From the NCBI GenBank assembly GCA_964195515.1, contig CAXMQO010000027.1:1-54326 (forward strand): a stretch of DNA of 54,326 bases, given 5' to 3'. The stretch's first letter is position 1. The number at the start of each line of letters is the position of its first letter. Made by a program: the position numbers and the translations under genes. Shown here piece by piece: positions 8,461 to 17,075 of the stretch. This DNA is from an uncultured Saprospiraceae bacterium. Lineage in GTDB: Bacteria > Actinomycetota > Acidimicrobiia > Spongiisociales > UBA5794. The notes under the pieces were generated by a model, which was given only the letters and a program-made list of their open reading frames with translations, was not told the DNA's origin and did no database searches.

Positions 8461-10491
8461 CTACGCCCTGGGGTTTCGACCGGGTGCGGATGGGCCCTCT
8501 TCGATGATCGGCGGCGGGTCGTCCGTCGTGTCGGGGCCGCTGAACTGGGTGAGGTAGAGGGCGGCGTAGGCACCATCGAGCTCGAGGAGCTGCCGGTGGT
8601 TCCCCTGTTCGACGATGCGGCCGTCTTCCATGACGAGGATCAAGTCGGCGTCACGGATGGTCGAGAGACGGTGGGCGATGACGAAGCTGGTCCGGTCGGC
8701 ACGCAGCGCCGACATGGCATGCTGGACCAGCACCTCCGTACGGGTATCGACCGAACTCGTCGCCTCGTCGAGGATCAGGAGAGCCGGATCGCCGAGGAAC
8801 GCCCTGGCAATCGTGATGAGCTGCTTCTCGCCTGCGCTGACCGTGCCACCCTCATCGTCGATCACCGTGTCGTAGCCGTCGGGGAGAGCGCCGACGAACC
8901 GATCGACGTAGGTCGCACGCGCCGCAGCCTGGATCTCGTCTTCGGTGGCATCGAGGCGGCCGTATGCAATGTTCTCGCGGATCGTTCCCTTGAACAGCCA
9001 CGTGTCCTGGAGCACCATTTCGATCTGTGATCGCACGTCGTCGCGTCGCATCGTGGAAATGTCGATGGTGTCGAGGGTGATGCGTCCCGAATCGAGGTCG
9101 TAGAAGCGCATGATGAGATTCACGAGGGTGGTCTTGCCTGCGCCGGTCGGCCCAACGATGGCCACGGTCTGGCCCGGGTCGACGTGGAAGCTGACGTGTT
9201 CGAGGAGTGGCTGATCCTCGAGGTAGCGGAATGAGACGTCGTCGAATGCCACCCGTCCGTGGGTGACAGTGGAGGTCTCGGCGAGTCCGTCGTCGGTTGG
9301 TTCCTCTTCGGCGTCGAGGAGTTCGAAGACCCGCTCGACTGAGGCGACACCCGACTGGAGGAGGTTGACCATCGAAGCGATCTGGGTGATGGGTCGGGTG
9401 AACTGGCGGGAGTACTGGATGAAGGCTTGCACGTCGCCCAGGCTCATCGTTCCGCTGGCCACCCGGAGACCACCAACAACGGCGATGATCACGTAGTTCA
9501 GGTTCCCGATGAACATTGCGATCGGCATGATCAAACCGGACAGGAACTGGGCGCCAAAGCTCGCCTGGTACAACTCCTCGTTCTCGAGTTCGAACGACGC
9601 CTGAACTTCCCTCTGGCGACCGAACACTTTCACGAGTGCATGTCCGGTGAAGGCTTCTTCCACCTGGGCGTTGAGGTTTCCGGTTCGCCGCCACTGGGCG
9701 ATGAACTTGGACTGAGATCTCCGCATGACGAGTCCTGCGAGCACCATGGTCGCCGGGATGGTCACGAGCGCGATCAGGGCGAGGGTCCACGAGATGGAGA
9801 TCATCATGGCGAACACGAAGACGACCGTGAGCAAGGCGTTGAGGAGCTGACTCATTGTCTGCTGGAGGCTCTGCGAGACGTTGTCGATGTCGTTCGTGAC
9901 CCGGCTCAGCAGCTCCCCTCGCGGCAGGCGGTCGAAGTAGCGCAGCGGCAAGCGGTTGATCTTGTCTTCGACGTCGGAACGCAGACGCAGCATGGTGTGT
10001 TGGACGACGTCGGTGAGGAGGAACCCCTGCAGGAATTGGAAGAGGGAGGAGAACGCGTAGAGGACGAGAGCGATGAGGAGTACTTGCCGCAAGGCGTCGA
10101 AGTCGATGCCTTGACCCGCCACGAAATCGACGCCTCCCAGCATGTTTGCGATCTGATCCTGTCCTCTGGCCCGGACCGCATCGATCGCCTCAGCGTTCGT
10201 GAGCCCGGCGGGGAGGGCCTTGCCGACCACGCCGGAGAAGATGATGTCTGTGGCCCGTCCCAGGACTCTGGGGCCGAGAGCGGCGAGGCCAACGCTGATC
10301 ACGGCAGCAGTGATTACGACGATGACTTTGACGATTTCGGGGCGGAGCAGCTTGACGAGGCGCCGCATCGACGGTCCGAACTGCATCGCCTTCTGGCCGA
10401 CCATTCCACTACCGAACGGGCCACCGCGACCGTGCCCTCCACCCTGGACTTCGATCCGTTCGGTCTTCTTCATCGTCGGCGGGGTGCTCAT
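8461..10491 (-). CDS. ABC exporter permease/ATPase half-transporter (canonical Walker B subunit)
   Basis: TMD plus GPTGAGKT, SAGEKQ, ILDEATSSVD and IAHRLST. The ATG at 10491 overlaps the upstream stop (ATGA). Confidence 0.93.
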   Translation of the reverse strand: MSTPPTMKKTERIEVQGGGHGRGGPFGSGMVGQKAMQFGPSMRRLVKLLRPEIVKVIVVITAAVISVGLAALGPRVLGRATDIIFSGVVGKALPAGLTNAEAIDAVRARGQDQIANMLGGVDFVAGQGIDFDALRQVLLIALVLYAFSSLFQFLQGFLLTDVVQHTMLRLRSDVEDKINRLPLRYFDRLPRGELLSRVTNDIDNVSQSLQQTMSQLLNALLTVVFVFAMMISISWTLALIALVTIPATMVLAGLVMRRSQSKFIAQWRRTGNLNAQVEEAFTGHALVKVFGRQREVQASFELENEELYQASFGAQFLSGLIMPIAMFIGNLNYVIIAVVGGLRVASGTMSLGDVQAFIQYSRQFTRPITQIASMVNLLQSGVASVERVFELLDAEEEPTDDGLAETSTVTHGRVAFDDVSFRYLEDQPLLEHVSFHVDPGQTVAIVGPTGAGKTTLVNLIMRFYDLDSGRITLDTIDISTMRRDDVRSQIEMVLQDTWLFKGTIRENIAYGRLDATEDEIQAAARATYVDRFVGALPDGYDTVIDDEGGTVSAGEKQLITIARAFLGDPALLILDEATSSVDTRTEVLVQHAMSALRADRTSFVIAHRLSTIRDADLILVMEDGRIVEQGNHRQLLELDGAYAALYLTQFSGPDTTDDPPPIIEEGPSAPGRNPRA

Positions 10492-12218
10492 GACACCTCC
10501 GCAGCGAGTTGCGAGTCGACGATCTCGGCGTACGGGACACAGGTTCTGAGCAGCTCGTCGTGGGTGCCAAGACCGACGATGCCGCCGTTCTCCACGACGA
10601 CGATCTGATCCGCATCCATGATCGTCGCCACACGTTGCGCGACGATGATGACGGTGGCGTCGGCAGTCACGTCGCCGAGGGCATGCCGGAGCCGAGCATC
10701 GGTCGCGACATCGAGAGCCGAGAACGAGTCGTCGAACAGGTAGAGCTCGGGGCGACGGATGAGGGCCCGTGCAATGGCGATACGCTGGCGCTGACCGCCC
10801 GAGACGTTGGTACCACCCTGAGAGATGGCGGATTCGAGTCCATCCGGCATCGCCTCGACGAATTCTCGAGCTTGCGCGATCTCGAGGGCCTCCCACATCT
10901 CTGCCTCGGTGGCGTCCGGCTTGCCGTAGCGGAGGTTGGAGGCGACGGTCCCGGAGAACAGGTAGACCCTCTGTGGGACGAGACCGATCTTGTTCCACAG
11001 GGTATCCGGGTCGATCTCACGCACGTCGACCCCGTCGACGAGAACCCGACCATCCGTGGCGTCGAAGAGGCGGGGGATCAGATTGATGAGGGTGGTCTTC
11101 CCCGTTCCCGTCGATCCGATGATGGCCGTCGTCTGACCCGGTTGTGCGGTGAACGTCAAACCACTCAGCACTGGATGGTCGGCACCGGGGTAGCGGAACC
11201 CTGCGCCTTCGAACTCGACGGTGCTGTGCTTTGGGAGTTCGGTGAGTCCATCAGACGGGGGTACCACCGACGGTTCGGTGTCGAGCACCTCGCCGATACG
11301 GTCCGCGGACACTGTCGCCCTGGGGAGGAGCATGAACATGAACGTGGCCATCATCACGGACATGAGAATTTGGATGATGTAGGTCAAGAAAGCGGTGAGT
11401 GAACCGATCTGCATCGCCCCGGAATCGACGCGGGCTGCTCCGAACCAGAGGACGGCGACGCTCGAGAGGTTCATCACCAACATCACCGAAGGGAAGATCG
11501 CGGCCATCCAGCGACCGACGTTGATCGACACGTCGGTCAGGTCGGTGTTGGCCTCGGCGAACCTGTCGGTCTCGAACGGTTCACGGACAAAGGCTCGGAC
11601 CACCCGGATGCCCGTGATCTGCTCACGGAGGACTTGGTTGACCTTGTCGAGCCGCCCTTGCATGAGGCGGAACCCCGGCACCATGTGGGACAGGATGAAC
11701 CAGATGATTGCGGCGAGGATCGGGACGAGCGCAACGATCAGCCACGAGAGCCCAACGTCCTCCCTCAGCGCCATGAACACGCCGCCGACCATCATCATCG
11801 GGGCGGTGATGAGCATCGTGAAGGTGCTGAGGACCAGCATCTGGATCTGCTGGACGTCGTTGGTGTTGCGGGTCAGGAGCGATGGTGCTCCGAAGCGGGC
11901 CATCTCGCGGCTGGAGAATGCGATTACACGGCGAAAGAACGCCGAACGCACGTCACGTCCGAACGCCATCGCCGTGCGTGCGCCGAAGTAGACGGCGGTG
12001 ATCGTCACGGCGACCTGGATCAAGGACACGGCGAGCATCCACGCTCCGATGCGGAGGATGTAGGCGGTGTCGCCGAGGAGGACGCCGTTGTTGATGATGT
12101 CGGCGTTGAGGCTCGGGAGGAGAAGGGCGGCCATGGTGCCGACAAGTTGGAGCACGATGACGATCGCGATCTCGCGTTTGTAGGGCTTGAGGTAGCGGCG
12201 GAGAATCCGAATCAACAT
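10488..12218 (-). CDS. ABC exporter permease/ATPase half-transporter (degenerate Walker B subunit)
   Basis: GSTGTGKT, SGGQRQ, LFDDSFSALD (Glu to Asp) and AQR (His to Gln). This is the TM287/TM288-type heterodimer pattern. Confidence 0.93.
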   Translation of the reverse strand: MLIRILRRYLKPYKREIAIVIVLQLVGTMAALLLPSLNADIINNGVLLGDTAYILRIGAWMLAVSLIQVAVTITAVYFGARTAMAFGRDVRSAFFRRVIAFSSREMARFGAPSLLTRNTNDVQQIQMLVLSTFTMLITAPMMMVGGVFMALREDVGLSWLIVALVPILAAIIWFILSHMVPGFRLMQGRLDKVNQVLREQITGIRVVRAFVREPFETDRFAEANTDLTDVSINVGRWMAAIFPSVMLVMNLSSVAVLWFGAARVDSGAMQIGSLTAFLTYIIQILMSVMMATFMFMLLPRATVSADRIGEVLDTEPSVVPPSDGLTELPKHSTVEFEGAGFRYPGADHPVLSGLTFTAQPGQTTAIIGSTGTGKTTLINLIPRLFDATDGRVLVDGVDVREIDPDTLWNKIGLVPQRVYLFSGTVASNLRYGKPDATEAEMWEALEIAQAREFVEAMPDGLESAISQGGTNVSGGQRQRIAIARALIRRPELYLFDDSFSALDVATDARLRHALGDVTADATVIIVAQRVATIMDADQIVVVENGGIVGLGTHDELLRTCVPYAEIVDSQLAAEVS

Positions 12219-12832
12219 CAGACGGTTGCCTCCCCGCCGGGTGCGGCGATTCCGTTCAGGAGCACGGCGACGATCTCTTTGGGCGTTGCCCTGTCGTCCG
12301 GTGCGACCATCGGGTGCGCGTTGGCGAACACGAATCCCCGGAACGCCACTGCGGCCTCGGCGGGAGCGACCCTGAGGCGGCTCCTGTGACGCTCGAGCAG
12401 GTCGGTGAGGGCGGCGAGGATGACCGTGTTCGATTCGGTGACGAAATGGCGTGTTCCAGCGGGTCGGTCGGTTCCCGGGGTCTTCACGGTGTGCAGGATG
12501 CCGATGAGCGTGGCGACCTGATCGGTGCGGTCGAGGAGGACTCGTGTGGCTTCCTGGAGTTGGACCTCCATCGAGTCTGACTCGGGGATCTGGGCGAGGG
12601 CATCTCGGACCGGTTCGGGGTCCATGCTGACCTTGATGGCCTCGAGGATCACCGAGGGTTTGTCGGAGAAGACACGGAATATGGTGCCCTCGGCGATGCC
12701 TGCCGCTTCGGCGATCTGTCGCGATGTGACAGCCGACCCCTCCGTGAGGAGGAGGGGAATGACGGCATCGACGATCGCCCGCCGACGGTCGTCGGGAGGC
12801 AGCGGCTCTGAGCGATGCTTCCTGGTGTTCAC
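12218..12832 (-). CDS. TetR/AcrR family transcriptional regulator
   Basis: HTH TSRQIAEAAGIAEGTIFRVFSDK. GTG at 12832 lies 6 nt after a TATACT -10 box. Confidence 0.88.
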   Translation of the reverse strand: MNTRKHRSEPLPPDDRRRAIVDAVIPLLLTEGSAVTSRQIAEAAGIAEGTIFRVFSDKPSVILEAIKVSMDPEPVRDALAQIPESDSMEVQLQEATRVLLDRTDQVATLIGILHTVKTPGTDRPAGTRHFVTESNTVILAALTDLLERHRSRLRVAPAEAAVAFRGFVFANAHPMVAPDDRATPKEIVAVLLNGIAAPGGEATV

Positions 12833-12838
12833 AACCAC

Positions 12839-12866
12839 AGTATAGCTGAGTGAGCGCTCACTCAGC
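12839..12866 (-). promoter_or_regulatory. -10 box plus 22-bp perfect palindrome, probable TetR operator
   Basis: GCTGAGTGAGCGCTCACTCAGC (12845-12866) is its own reverse complement and abuts minus-strand TATACT (12844-12839). Confidence 0.8.
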
Positions 12867-12897
12867 CCGATCTCCCGACGTGGAGGCCGCTTTCCGC

Positions 12898-13305
12898 TCA
12901 GCCGTCCCCGGTGTCGATGACAAGGACCACGTCGACCTCGGCCTGGAGCCGCGCCAGTTCGCCGTAGGCGTACTCCAGACTCGGGATCGTCTGGTTCGAT
13001 GGTGGACATTCGTACAGTGCGTTCTCCGCGATCTGTAGCCAATCCGCAACAACGTCGTCGATCGCGAGGTCCGGCGTGGGGGACAGGTCACCCGACGCTG
13101 AGCGCAGAACGCCCAACGCATGGCTGCACACCGCGTGATCAGGCGGTGTGCCGAGCGTTGAGGCCGACGGGAAGCTACCCACGACCGCTTCCCAGGTAGG
13201 GTGCCACTCTTCGACCGACGGACGGCTCTCCCCGCTGCACGAGGTGAGCACCACCAACGCCAATCCAGCAAGCAGAATTGCACGGAGACTCAGGCCTTTG
13301 AACAC
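12898..13305 (-). CDS. Putative lipoprotein, unknown function
   Basis: Signal peptide with lipobox (LRAILLAGLALVVLTSC). GTG at 13305 lies 6 nt after a TATCCT -10-like box. Confidence 0.6.
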   Translation of the reverse strand: MFKGLSLRAILLAGLALVVLTSCSGESRPSVEEWHPTWEAVVGSFPSASTLGTPPDHAVCSHALGVLRSASGDLSPTPDLAIDDVVADWLQIAENALYECPPSNQTIPSLEYAYGELARLQAEVDVVLVIDTGDG

Positions 13306-13394
13306 CGGCGGAGGATACCCCCGGACAGATGCCACCCGGCGCAAGTACATACACCGCCGTGCCTTCCCCCGGCACGGCCACCGTCTCGACGTTC

Positions 13395-13979
13395 CTATTC
13401 GGTGGCCGGGGAGAGTCGATTCCGTCGCCACATGACGAGCGAGGTGGCGAGGAGCAGGATGCCGAGAGCGAACACCACCCAGTCGGGTCCTTCCTCGAGG
13501 CGACGCCCTTGGTCGACGATGAACAACTCGCTGACATCGAGATACGTCTCGCCGCCTCGATCCGGGTCGTGGTAGCGCCAGACGCCGGTGAGTTGAACGA
13601 GCGGGCCTTCCAGTCGATACCCGCCGACCGGAGGGAGCCCCTCGCCGAGGATCGACGGCATCCGGACGCCGATCCCGACGTTGGCCCCGGCGCGAGGCCC
13701 ACCGTCTACGAGCGCGTCACGGGCATACGAGTCGTCGTTGAGTTGTGTCCACATGAACCCGTCGTCTCGGAATCCGTAGTCGCCGACGAGCTCTCCTTCG
13801 ACCGTGATCTCGACGTTGTCGAAGAGAGCGCCTTTTTCCAACAGGTCCGAGGCGGGGACCAACACGCCGTCCTGGGCGAGTGCAGTTCCTGGGAGAAGAA
13901 GCATCAGCGCCATCACCAGAACAACCGCTGCGAGGCGAATCACGCCATGACGACCTGCGTGCGGAGACATGAGCTTCAC
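13395..13979 (-). CDS. Exported, C-terminally anchored beta-rich (OB-fold-like) protein at the end of the Trk operon
   Basis: Signal peptide ending in ALA; ITVEGELVGD and VQLTGVW strands; C-terminal TM followed by basic residues. Starts immediately after the trkH stop. Confidence 0.7.
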   Translation of the reverse strand: MKLMSPHAGRHGVIRLAAVVLVMALMLLLPGTALAQDGVLVPASDLLEKGALFDNVEITVEGELVGDYGFRDDGFMWTQLNDDSYARDALVDGGPRAGANVGIGVRMPSILGEGLPPVGGYRLEGPLVQLTGVWRYHDPDRGGETYLDVSELFIVDQGRRLEEGPDWVVFALGILLLATSLVMWRRNRLSPATE

Positions 13980-13980
13980 G

Positions 13981-15477
13981 TCATTTCCCCTTCACCCAGG
14001 CGTAGACGAAACCGAGGAGCGCAAACGCTGCCACAAACTCGAGTCGACCAGCCCACATCTGGAACATGTACGTGAGCTTGAGCAACATGGGCATCGACGG
14101 TCCGGCAACGCCGACGGACAACCCGACGTTCGCCCCGGCACTCACCGACTCGAACAGCGCCTCTTGGAATCCGTACCCGTAGCCGAGGGCAACACCGGCA
14201 CCGAGCAGGTAGAGGGCTACGTACAGGAGTGCCACCGTCATCGCCGACTGAGCGAGTTCAGGCGTGAGCTGCTTCCGCCCCGACTGAACATACCGTGTGC
14301 TGACGATCGCACCCTCGGGGAGCAGGAGTTGTTTGGTCTGGTTGGTGATGGCCTTGACCGTCAGCCCTATCCGCAGGGCCTTGATTCCGCCTGCTGTTGA
14401 CGATGCCATGCCCCCGAGTGCCATTGCGATGGTCATGCCGCCGAAGGCAAGGCCGCCCCACATCGCGAGTTCACTCGCCGGGAGCGTTGAGAACCCCGTG
14501 CCGCTGTGTGCCGAGATGATCTGGAAGAACCCCTGACGGGTGAGTCCCTGGACGGAGGTGTAGATTCCGGCAACGCCGAGCCCGACCATCGTGAGCACCA
14601 TGGTGAACGTGACGGTTGCCAAGATGGTCCGGGTCTCGAGATTCTTGAATAGGACGCGACGAGGACCTCGCCACAGTGCGTAGTGCAGACCGAATGACAT
14701 CGCGCCTGCGACCATCAGGACGGCCGTAGTGAACTCGAAGATGCCAGAGTGGTAGTAGCCGAGACTCGTCGACTGTGGAGCGAACCCACCGGTGTCGAAT
14801 GCGGCAAAGAAGATCATCAGGGCATGGAAGAACGCGCGTTTCCATTCGAATCCGAGTACCTGATGGGCGATGATTCCCAGTACGGTGACGCCGGCAACGA
14901 GATGAACGAAGGCCACGGTCCAAATGAAACGCGCCGTTGAACGGACGGATGGCAAGATTCGTTCGTCGCGCGCTTCGCCGTAATACAACGTGAGGCCGCC
15001 GCCTCCGGCGAAGAGCACGAGTGCGGCGATGACGATGCCTTGGCCGCCGAGAAAGTGCAGCAGATGGCGCCAGAAGTTGAGCGACGGCGCTATGTGATCG
15101 AGATCCTGTACGAGGGCAAGCCCGGTTGTTGTCAAACCGGACATCGCATCGAACATGGCATCGACCGGTCCCCCGTAGTGGCCGGAGAATATGAGTGGGA
15201 TCGATCCGATCGCCGGAACCGCGAGCCACGTCAGAGCCACAACCACCATTCCGTGGCTCCAGTCAAGGCGCACCTTCGACGGCCGATACCGCAATCCGAG
15301 TTGCCCGAGGGAAGCGAAGACCCCGATCATCAGCAGGAACGATGCGAACGGGTGCCACTCGCGGCCAAGGACGGCCCACGCCAGCGGCAGAAGACTCGCG
15401 ACGGCCACAATGGTGAAGATCCGTCCGAGTGCGAACGCAACTATCCGTAGATCCTCACGGTCGGGTCTGATCAGCAC
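13981..15477 (-). CDS. trkH: TrkH family potassium uptake membrane protein
   Basis: Four pore motifs (SGLTTTG, FDTGGF, HSGTGF, ANVGLSVG), plus STAGGIK and MWAGRLE. Confidence 0.93.
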   Translation of the reverse strand: MLIRPDREDLRIVAFALGRIFTIVAVASLLPLAWAVLGREWHPFASFLLMIGVFASLGQLGLRYRPSKVRLDWSHGMVVVALTWLAVPAIGSIPLIFSGHYGGPVDAMFDAMSGLTTTGLALVQDLDHIAPSLNFWRHLLHFLGGQGIVIAALVLFAGGGGLTLYYGEARDERILPSVRSTARFIWTVAFVHLVAGVTVLGIIAHQVLGFEWKRAFFHALMIFFAAFDTGGFAPQSTSLGYYHSGIFEFTTAVLMVAGAMSFGLHYALWRGPRRVLFKNLETRTILATVTFTMVLTMVGLGVAGIYTSVQGLTRQGFFQIISAHSGTGFSTLPASELAMWGGLAFGGMTIAMALGGMASSTAGGIKALRIGLTVKAITNQTKQLLLPEGAIVSTRYVQSGRKQLTPELAQSAMTVALLYVALYLLGAGVALGYGYGFQEALFESVSAGANVGLSVGVAGPSMPMLLKLTYMFQMWAGRLEFVAAFALLGFVYAWVKGK

Positions 15478-15478
15478 G

Positions 15479-15625
15479 TCAGTTCACAGCGGTGACGACC
15501 GCGGCGATCACGAGGGCGAACATAGCGAGGCCGATGACGATGACGATCTCAAAGAGAAACGCGAGCGCCGCACCGGTGAGGTCGCCAAGCCACCCCCGAA
15601 ATCGACGCATCTCGGGGCGTCTCAC
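15479..15625 (-). CDS. 48-aa single-pass membrane protein within the Trk operon
   Basis: Below the ORF-track cutoff. MRRPEMRRFRGWLGDLTGAALAFLFEIVIVIGLAMFALVIAAVVTAVN. Its GTG overlaps the trkA stop (GTGA) and its stop is 1 nt before the trkH start. Confidence 0.72.
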   Translation of the reverse strand: MRRPEMRRFRGWLGDLTGAALAFLFEIVIVIGLAMFALVIAAVVTAVN

Positions 15626-16281
15626 GACTGCTCGTCGTTCGTCGCGAAGACACGATGCAATTCCGCCTCTTGGGCGAACGTGGTCACCGCCGTGATTCGG
15701 TCTCCCGGGAGCAATCGAGTGGTCGCCTCGGGGACGATGACCTCGTCTTCACGCAGGATGACTGCAATGAGCGCCGGTGCCGGTAGCTCTAGATCCTGAA
15801 GTGGAGTCGGATCGAATCCCGCGGGAATCTCATACTCGCAGAGCGACAACTGCCCCCGTCCGAGCACCGCGATTCGTTCGAGTTGGGAGACCGCGAGCTC
15901 CTGAGAAACCACCTGCACCATGAGGTCGGTGATGCCGACCACGGGAATCTTGAGTGCGTCGAACGTCGGACGATTCCATGGCGCGTTGAGACGGGCCAAG
16001 ACACGCTTCGCTCCCAGCGTGAGCCCGAGCTCACACGCCACGAGGTTGACTTCATCGAGGCCTGTTACCGCCAGGAGCCAGTCCGCGTCGTGCACGGACG
16101 CCGCTTCGAGTACTCCGACATTGGTGCCGTCACCATGAACGACGACCGCGTCGACGTCATCGGCAACTGTCTGCGCCCGATCCTCGCTCTCTTCGACCAC
16201 GGCCACGAAGTGCCCTGCCGACACCAGTTCTCGTGCCAAGAACCACCCGACCTTGCCGCCGCCAATGAGCACCACCCTCAT
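15622..16281 (-). CDS. trkA: TrkA family RCK protein
   Basis: MRVVLIGGGKVG, HGDGT, AVTGLDEVNL and a TrkA-C domain. Confidence 0.92.
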   Translation of the reverse strand: MRVVLIGGGKVGWFLARELVSAGHFVAVVEESEDRAQTVADDVDAVVVHGDGTNVGVLEAASVHDADWLLAVTGLDEVNLVACELGLTLGAKRVLARLNAPWNRPTFDALKIPVVGITDLMVQVVSQELAVSQLERIAVLGRGQLSLCEYEIPAGFDPTPLQDLELPAPALIAVILREDEVIVPEATTRLLPGDRITAVTTFAQEAELHRVFATNDEQS

Positions 16282-16937
16282 GTCGGCTGCGACGATTGGA
16301 GGTACCGCCGCACGCGATCGCGCACGCCGTGTCGAGCGGCGGCGACGACGAGATCCTGTTCACGGAGTTCGAAGGACCCGTCGGGTATGTAGGTACGGTC
16401 GCCGCGCCGCACCGCCGCGACCCGGAGCTGATTCTCAACCTCCAAGTCTCTGACAGCGAGTCCTTTGGCGTTCGCACCAAGATACATCTCGACGACCTCG
16501 ACATCCCCTCCGGAGAACGTGATGTGATAGGCGAACTCCTCCTCGACGAGCCGTTCGAAGATCACGTTGGCCGTGAGTTGCGCGCCCGCCACGTACGAAA
16601 TGTCGAGTGCCCGATACGAGTCGGCGCGTCCGGGCTCATCGAGACGGGCCAGCGTTCGGGGGACACCAAACACCTGTTTGGCGAGTTGCACCGACATCAC
16701 ATTGATGTTGTCGGAGTCGGTGACCGCTGCGAACGCATCGGCGAACTCGATTCCCGCCTCTTTGAGCAGTCGGATGTCGATCGGCCGACCGAAGTGGGTT
16801 GTCCCGTTGAATGTCGAACCGAGGGTTTCCAGCTTGCCGGGACGATCATCGATGACCGACACGTCGTGACCTTCCTCGGCCATGTGCAGTGCCAGGTCGC
16901 TGCCGACCCGGCCGCAGCCGGCGATGACGATTCTCGT
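16278..16937 (-). CDS. trkA: TrkA family RCK protein, apparent ACG start
   Basis: RIVIAGCGRVGS, AVTDSDNIN and a TrkA-C domain. AAGGAGG is followed after 6 nt by ACG at the position of the family's initiator Met. Confidence 0.85.
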   Translation of the reverse strand, partial: TRIVIAGCGRVGSDLALHMAEEGHDVSVIDDRPGKLETLGSTFNGTTHFGRPIDIRLLKEAGIEFADAFAAVTDSDNINVMSVQLAKQVFGVPRTLARLDEPGRADSYRALDISYVAGAQLTANVIFERLVEEEFAYHITFSGGDVEVVEMYLGANAKGLAVRDLEVENQLRVAAVRRGDRTYIPDGSFELREQDLVVAAARHGVRDRVRRYLQSSQPT

Positions 16938-17075
16938 GTCGATCCTCCTTCTCTTCGAATCCTGATAATAGGGCGATAGCCGACCTCGCTCTGCGGGTCG
17001 GCGCCTCCATCGGGGGCCAGACCTTCGAAACACTTCGGGCCGATGTCATCGTCGGCGGCAATGATCGGCAGGCCG

